This document shows, piece after piece, positions 56,495 through 64,000 of a stretch of 64,000 nucleotides of DNA. The stretch comes from Octopus vulgaris (lineage: Eukaryota). Numbering within the stretch: the first letter of the stretch is position 1; each line of letters opens with the position of its first letter. The position numbers were made by a program, and so were the translations under genes. A model generated the notes under the pieces. The model saw only the letters and a list, made by a program, of their open reading frames with translations, was not told the DNA's origin and searched no databases. The DNA lies in assembly GCA_951406725.2 (NCBI GenBank), contig OX597839.1:10044001-10108000 (forward strand), read 5' to 3'.

Positions 56495-57535
56495 CATTTT
56501 AACCCCGAGCAACACCTGATATCTCTGCTAGAAAATGATAATCAGATGGTGCAATGTCCTGTGAATATGGTGGGTGGGGCATCGTTTCCCATTCAAACTG
56601 CTCCAGCCTTTGGAAGGTCATCCTTGCTGCATGTGACTGAGCATTATCCTGATGGTAAAAACATCTTTCTTATTGAAACCAAAGATGGTAATTTTTCTTC
56701 TAGTTCTGACTTAAGCCACTCAAGCTGCTTGCACTAGATCTCTTTTATCATTTGGTTTGGGTTAAAGTGGACTAAACCTTTCATATCCCATCAAACAGAT
56801 AAGAACACTTTACGTGGGTGAAGATCTTCTCTAGCCTGGGGTACTTCCTCTACCCACTGTCTTCGGTGCTTCAGATATTTATAGAGAACCCATTTTTCGC
56901 CACCAGTCCCTATTTGGTCCAGAAAAGGTTTATTTGTGAGATATAACAGCAAAAAAGAGCACACATTCACTCTCTGTGCATGATTAGACTTAGAAAGTTT
57001 GTGAGGAACCCATTGACCCAATCTGCTGACTTTTCCGATGGCATGCAGGTGTCAATGAATGGTTGAATGACCAAATCCAAGCTTCTCTGCTAGTTCCTCA
57101 ACAGTTACAATAGGATCTTGTTTCACCAGGGTTTGCAGGACATCCTCTTCAAGCTCTACAGATCTTCCAGAACAAGGCTCATCTTCTAGGCTGTAGTTTC
57201 TGACTCAGAATTACTGGAACCACTGTTACACTTATTGTCCAATCCCCCTATACTGCATTAATATTCCTTGCACTTTTTGTTGCATTGTTGTCTTTATTAG
57301 ACTCATAAAGCAAAATATGCTGAATTTACTCCTTTGTCATTTCCAATATAGCTTTGAAAAAATAGCTGTTAAAATTGAACTGCTCGCTTCAAAACTTGCA
57401 CTAAGAATAAGGACAAGGTAAAATTACTACCTGCAATTACTATAGCAAGTTGATGTAGGTAGATTATCCCATCCCCTTCCGACTTTTAGTTCATGTAATT
57501 GAAGAAACCGCATTATTTATGGTATGATCAAATAC
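56495..57535 (-). mobile_element. Decayed mariner transposon
   Basis: GQWVPHKL, FLDQIGTGGEKWVLY, HPRKVFLSV, HQDNA.SH, PHPPYS.DIAPSDY. Confidence 0.88.
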
Positions 57536-58124
57536 TTAACTGGTGTTTTATTTTGTCCACACTGAAAGGATGAAAAGCAAAGTTCACCTGATCGGGATTT
57601 GAGCCCAGAATGTAAAGATCCAAAAGAAATACTGCAAATCATTTGACTGAGATGCTAATTGACAATGAAGGGATGAAAAGCAAAGTTGACTTTGGCATTT
57701 GAATATAAAGAACTAGAAATGTCACACTTAGACCCCTCTCTCTCACTATTCACTAGTTTTCCTACTATTCCTCATGATGGGGTGAGAGTAATAGTAGGCA
57801 TAGAGATGGTGAGGACGGTGGTGAAGAGAGAGAGAAAGAGAGACAGAAATTTAGGGAGAGTTGGTGAGGTTTTATTAAAAGTAGTAGTGTTGATGGTAGC
57901 ATGGTAGCAGTGGGAATAATAAAAGAGAAAGAGGGAGATGATGTACAACTTTGTTTAACCAGGTCTCTTTGATAGAAATTCCTGTGGCCAACATACTGAA
58001 AACACTATCATTTTTGTTTTATTTTTTGCTGAATCCAGACCTGCAATCCTGAAATTTTGGATTCCTATGTTTTCATTACTGCGATTGTTTTCAGTGATTT
58101 TTTTTTTCCCTTCCCATGTGATTT

Positions 58125-58230
58125 TTTGCGATGAATATGATCATCATTGGGATATGACTCTGGAGGAAGCAATTGCAACAGATTTTCCAGAGATCTGTTT
58201 GCAGATCTTCCCATTCTGGGTCAGTTGCTT
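58125..58230 (+). mobile_element. Small Helitron Rep-helicase linker fragment
   Basis: DHHWDMTLEEA...RDLFA resembles the Helitron motif DD.HWD.TL.EA..LR.LFA. Confidence 0.5.
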
Positions 58231-61200
58231 AAAAGCTGCATAGAAGCTTAAAAGCCACCTGATAAAGCGGCTCTTAAGCTAGTCACAAATATATGGAAAA
58301 ATGTCTCATGCTGTGGATGTGTGTCTGATTACTGCTACTGCTTACCACACTGTAAATATGTCTTGCTACTACTGCTATTACACACATTTTAGATGTACCT
58401 GTTTGACAACTACTATTACAACAATTTTTAAGTGTGTTTGACTACTTATTACTACAACTACTACTTCTACTACTACTACACACGGCGCTGATACATGTGC
58501 CTGTCTAACTACTTCTGCACACCGCATAAGAGTGTATTGTAACACGTGTCAGTTTTCTGGTTGGCTGTATTGTTAGAGATGGTCGGATGGAGCAAGGATA
58601 ATAGATGTGATGGCTTAAGTCCTTAAGTGTGCTGCTCTTATTTTTCGTCTAAATCTAATTTTTCCAATTACAACTATGTTGTTTTATTCAGTGTTCACCT
58701 AAGGAGTCATTAGATCTTTTTTGTTTTCTTCCAACCACAAATCTTAATCTGAAATTAAAAAAAAAAGAATGTACTCTTGATATAGTTTTGCATGCCATAA
58801 CAACAAACTGTTTCATGTTCCGCTTTGAAGATGCTGGACTTGTTTCATTGGCTAAAATTACACAACTTTAAATACATCTATCTTGTTAATTATTTTTTGA
58901 AAAAAAAAATGAGTGCAATTTTTGTTATCAGTATGCAAGACTACATCTGTGTGGAAAGTTTGAAAACAATTCATTGGTGATTTAAAAATTTTCAAGTGGT
59001 TAGATGAAAAGGGAAAAGATCTAAACCTGCTTTTGGTTCTATATTACAAAACTGGGATGGATGAGGGTTTTCATGGATTAAGCATCTTCATCATCATTGT
59101 TTAACGTCCGTTTTCCATGCTAGCATGGGTTGGACGGTTCGACTGGGGTCTGGGAAACCAGGAGGCTGCACCAGGCTCCAGTCTGATCTGGCAGTGTTTC
59201 TACAGCTGGATGCCCTTCTTAACACCAACCACTCTGTGAGTGTATTGGGTGCTTTTTACGTGCCACCGGCACAGGTGCCAGGTAGGGCTGGCAACGGCTA
59301 CGATCAGTTGGTGCTTTTTATGTGCCACTGGCACGGAAGCCAGTTGAGGCGGTGCTGGCAACGCCCACTTTCGGATGGATCTTTTTATGTGCCACCGGTA
59401 CTGGTATCACGACTACAATTTCTATTGATTTTTTGATCGATTTCGATTAACATCAATATATATCGTTTGTCTGTTCTACCATCTTCTTTTAACCTTTTTT
59501 TTTACTGTATGCATGAATTTCAATTAATTTTGAAATTATGAAACCTTTGAAACAATTTATTAAGAACCAAAACACTTTCTGCTGTTAAGCAGGAATTTAG
59601 AACATAGCTTGACAAAAATTGTTCTTGCATAAAATAATGCTGGAAGTTTTTTAATTTTAATATGGATGTTTTGAAGTGAGCGGGTTTCCTATTCTTGAAT
59701 CAGAGCTGGTCTCCAGAAGTTTGGGAGTTGGGCTATCTTTAGAGTTAGAAAAAATAGTTGTAGTGTTACCATATCACTGTTGGTAACCATTTCCTTGACT
59801 GTGTCTTCTGGAGTAGCTATGGTACAATAGATTAGTCTACTCATTAGTCAGTTGGTGTAGAATTGCCTCAGTTGCACTTTTATATTTACTTCAGTACTGT
59901 TTTTATATTTCTTGTGTGTTTTAATTTATTATTTACCTGCTTTGTGTTTTAATTTGCTTATATGGGTAGTATTTTATTTTTGAAGTGATGAGTCATTGAA
60001 CAAATGGTTACACAGGTCTATTTTGGCTGCTCACAGCTAAAAATGATGTCTGCTTGGTTGGTTGGTTGGGGTATGTTGTACAGCTGCTCGTCTTGATTCT
60101 ACCAGACATCTGTTTACAAGCTGCTCTACCACTCTGTAATGTTCCGTGAAACTGAAATGATCTGTCAGCTTGTGTTTCACCTGATTACTCCTCTTCAGCT
60201 TAAGTAGTCTTTTGTCTCTGAAGTCTGCTATTGAGAGATAGATAAGATAGCTAGAGAGGGAGAGATATGAGTTTTTGCATAATATCAAATCTTTCAATTT
60301 ATTTGAGAAAGATATGACATTTCTGTATGTATCAAAAGCAGTAGCTAGCAGTTCCAACTGGGAACTGAACTCAATTTCTTGGCTCATTTCAGCAAGAATT
60401 CCTATCACTCTTGTAATTTTAGTATTCCTAGCAGGTTGACAAAAATAGTCCCAGTACAAGTTAATTTTTCACTGATTTTATTAATCATTAGACTGCAGTC
60501 ATGTTGGGGCCCTATCTTGAAGGATACAGTTTATTCCATTAACTTCACTGTATGGCTGCTAAGTATTCTATTGTATCTAAAAGGATGGGTGGAATCTGTG
60601 CACTGAATGCAAAAGGACATAACCGAATGCCAGAAAGTATTTCTTAACAATTCTACATTATTTGCAGGAGATGATGTTAAAACTTAGGTAAAAATGTTAT
60701 TTCTTATTAAATATAACTAGTCCGAGAACTTTTTGATACCACCTCATACATAGTTTAATGTAGATTTGTGATCTGGAACACCAGTTGTACCATTTTCAGC
60801 TGTATTGTTGGGAGTTATTTTAAATCAGGCAATATAATTAGACACTAAATACATACTGGGAGAGGACAAGAATGGATAAAGAATTTACTTAGAAAGGGAG
60901 CACAGGGTCAAAGGGAGGAGTAGAGAGTAGATGAGATAGGCTGAGAGGTTAATGGTTCATATACACAGCATTGTGTTTATAATCGGTTTATTTGGTTGTA
61001 AATGTTTCACAAGATATGTATGACACTGTTGCTGTATGGGTCTTAAACAATTTTTTCCCAAATTAGCTTTTCATATATATTATGTTTGAAACCAGTTTGA
61101 AAAACAGTCTTGATTTGTTGCAAAGAATAAAAAAAAATAAACAAACAAAAATCAGTAATTTTGGAAAATTGCTTGAGTGCTTCTTTGTCAAACATCTGAC

Positions 61201-62917
61201 ATTACCAAACATCATTAGCTTAGATTCTATTACAACTAATAGCAATAGATACTGCAGTGTCAGACTAATATTGTGGTATAATTATTTTATTACCTACCTT
61301 ACCAGCCACTCTAATGCAAGCCAAAGTGGAAATCTTAAGTCACTTCATCTGCTAGAAATAGCTGTCAAATCTCTGTCAGTCTTCATACTTCTGTCTCTAA
61401 AAAGAATATATTAATGTTGTCTGTGATACATTAATTTTAAAATTAAAAATAGTTTGGTCAAGGTTTGAGTACCTTTTTAATCCTGCAACTGCGAATCTAA
61501 ATTTCTTGGTTATTCCAGTAATGATGTTAACTACTGATTTCAGATTTTAGCACAAGGCCAGCAATTTCAGGGGAGAGGTTAAGTCAATTATATTGATCTC
61601 TTTGTTCAACTGTTACTTTATTGACCCTAAAAGGATGAAAGGCAAAGTCAACTTCAGTGAAGTTTGAAATCAGAACATGAAATACTACTGAGAATGTGTG
61701 CTAACAATTGTGTCAGCTTACCACCTTATCATCATCATCATCATCATCGTTTAACATCTGTTTTCCATGCTGGCATGGGTTGGATGGTTTGACTGGGGTC
61801 TGAGAAGCCAGGAGGCTGCACCAGGCTCCAATCTGATCTGGCAGTGTTTCTACAGCTGAATGCTCTTCCTAACGCCAACCACTCCGAGAGTGTAGTAGGT
61901 GCTTTTTACATGCCACTGGCACAAAGGCCAGAGGAGCTGGCATCGACCATGATCGGATGGTGCTTTTTATGGGCCACTGGCATGGAAGCCAGTCAAGGCG
62001 GCACTGGCATCGACCACATTCAGATGGTGCTTTTTATGTGCTACTGGCACGGAGCGTACAACTACAATTTCCATTTGATTTGATTTTGATATTGATGTAC
62101 TCAACGCAATAGATCTCCTCAAGCACAGCATGTCCAAGGTACTTTTGAGTGAGCTGGTTATGCGACACTGGTGTAGGTTACAACTTTGGACTCACTTTAT
62201 TTGCCGGGTCTTCTCAGTCACAGCATTACCTCCAGAGGTCATGGTTTTTGTCATTGCCTCTGTGAGGCCTAACGTTCACCACCTCATCCTATGTCTCGCT
62301 GGGTCTCCTTCTACCCTGGATTCCTTTGACTCTTTGGGAGTGGCAATGATGTTAAATATTTACCAAAAAATAGAATTGAGAATTTCTGCAAGTCATGTTG
62401 CCCCGAAAAGCGCATCTCAGCAGAAAGTAGTTTCAAATATAACATTTCTCTACAAAAGATGAGGTTAGTATACAAAATTGTTTTCTGGAGTTGTATTGAA
62501 ATTTAGAGTGAATATATCTGTTTTCCACAGTAAAAAGTGTTAGTTACAAGCCTGCTAGATCCAGGCTATGTCAAGCAGACCTATGGTCAAAAGTATTCTA
62601 ATTGTGACCATCTGGCCTTGTCACGCATATGACACCCTTGCCAGTGGCACATAAAAGCACTCATTACACTCTCGGAGTGGTTGCCGTTAGGAAGGGCATC
62701 CAGCCTTAGAAGCCATGCCAAATCAGACTGGAATCTGGTGCAGCCTTCCAGCTTGCCAGCCTTGATCAAACCATCCAACCCATGCCAGCATGGACAACAG
62801 ACTTCAAATGATGATGATGAAGGACTGTGTTCATTCTTGTATTTAGTTAGCCAAATTCTTCATGTGAATTTGTATGATGAAATCTTATATCTTGGGAGAG
62901 TTATGCTAGTAATAATA

Positions 62918-63088
62918 GATACATGCACTAGTTCAATATCACTTCTTAATCAACTGGTTAATTATCTAGCCAACTAATCGATCATTTGAGTATTTAACCT
63001 AACACATTAAGCAAACAATCGATTAGTTGCTTAGATAATTAACCAATTAACGAGCAATAAAGAAGTGATATTGAACCAGTAAATGTGT
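62918..63088. repeat. Foldback (MITE-like), about 70-bp arms with a 25-bp spacer
   Basis: gttcaatatcacttct...ggttaattatcta..caactaatcgat versus atcgattagttg..tagataattaacc...agaagtgatattgaac. Confidence 0.8.
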
Positions 63089-63512
63089 TTATTATTATTA
63101 TTATTGGTATAATGATAATAATCTCCAAAGATACAACAAGGACTGTTTAATCTAATATATCCTTTCAGAACACATAAAGTTTCCTGTTTTACTAACAGGT
63201 GTTGCAAGTTATTCTTTGATAGATAAAAGTGAGATACTGTGTGGATTGGTAGCTTTTGAAATAATAGCAGTGGCATGATAATGTTGGTATCAGAAAAAAT
63301 CTGCGTTCTGTTGAAAGTTGTACATGAACTGGTGCTGCCATGGAGGTTTGGTTGGTGTAGAGCAGGGTTTCCCAACCTTTTTTCAGCCAGTGTCCCTTTG
63401 GGTGCAAACATATTTGTCAACGCCCCCTTGTCAACTTACATTTCAAATAAGATACTGAATTCACCTTACATAGAATGATAACACTTAGGTATTAGTGCAA
63501 AAGTAATTTTAA

Positions 63513-63733
63513 CCCTTTAGTGTTCGCATTATTCTGCCAAAATTAATGCCTTTTCATCCACATTGTTTTGAATTAATCATTCATTATCTTCTAGTTATGA
63601 GATTTTGATGAGGTAGCTTTTTATTTTTAAAACGATATTGTAGGGTTGGTCTGAGAGACCAGATCAGGCCAGTTTGAACATAGAACAGGTAGAATACTCT
63701 TGGCCGGATATGGCCAGTTTAAATGCTAAAGGG
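63513..63733. mobile_element. piggyBac-type MITE (second family)
   Basis: TTAA|CCCTTTAG...CTAAAGGG|TTAA; relatives at about 8970-9114, 10830-11450, 14152, 46518-46735 and 55065-55545. Confidence 0.85.
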
Positions 63734-64000
63734 TTAATGTTGTCTTAATTTCTGTTACAAATGCCAATGATAAAAATGCTAAAACAAATCAGCTTTTATT
63801 AGATAGTTTATCTCAATGTTTTCAATGTGATGGTTGACTTTGGTGTTTACTGGCTCAGGCTCAAACTCTAGGTTCCATGCTGCTTAAAAGTAATCGTAGA
63901 TCTCCTTGTTTCGTAATTTGAAGGTGGTTTCTTTGTTTAGTATTCAGCCATATAAGAAGTTGGAAAAGCAATGAAGAAAAGTTTGTTAGCTTCCCACAAC

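Noticed and set aside
60037-60459. 140-aa minus-strand ORF
   Set aside because: No recognisable motif, no splice support, and it crosses low-complexity sequence.

Overview
AT-rich, microsatellite- and transposon-dense animal DNA. The tRNA-derived SINEs, (GAT)n-tailed RTE ends and TA/ATT/TCTA microsatellites point to a coleoid cephalopod, most likely Octopus (inferred from recalled repeat families, not a search). Two spliced genes could be rebuilt with GT-AG junctions and consistent phases. (1) A class I GLUT/SLC2A sugar transporter on +, with 11 exons at 1500-23991 and 473 codons plus stop; its first coding exon is not securely located. (2) A complete, convergent C3orf33 orthologue on -, with 5 exons at 35514-28304 and 239 aa. 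A probable non-coding first exon of a third, + strand gene lies near 42.4-42.7 kb, and I found no downstream exons for it. The rest is TE debris: several SINE families, RTE, CR1, L1/Tx1, R4/Dong and Penelope-like retroelements, Helitron Rep and helicase fragments, Tc1/mariner remnants and piggyBac-, hAT-, Merlin- and pogo-type MITEs. The most interesting unexplained structure is RNA-level: (TA)n-embedded foldback elements carrying minimal hammerhead motifs, three perfect 26-28 bp hairpins at retroposon junctions, and a near-identical inverted repeat pair flanking an in-frame GLUT exon. I found no convincing novel multi-gene system.
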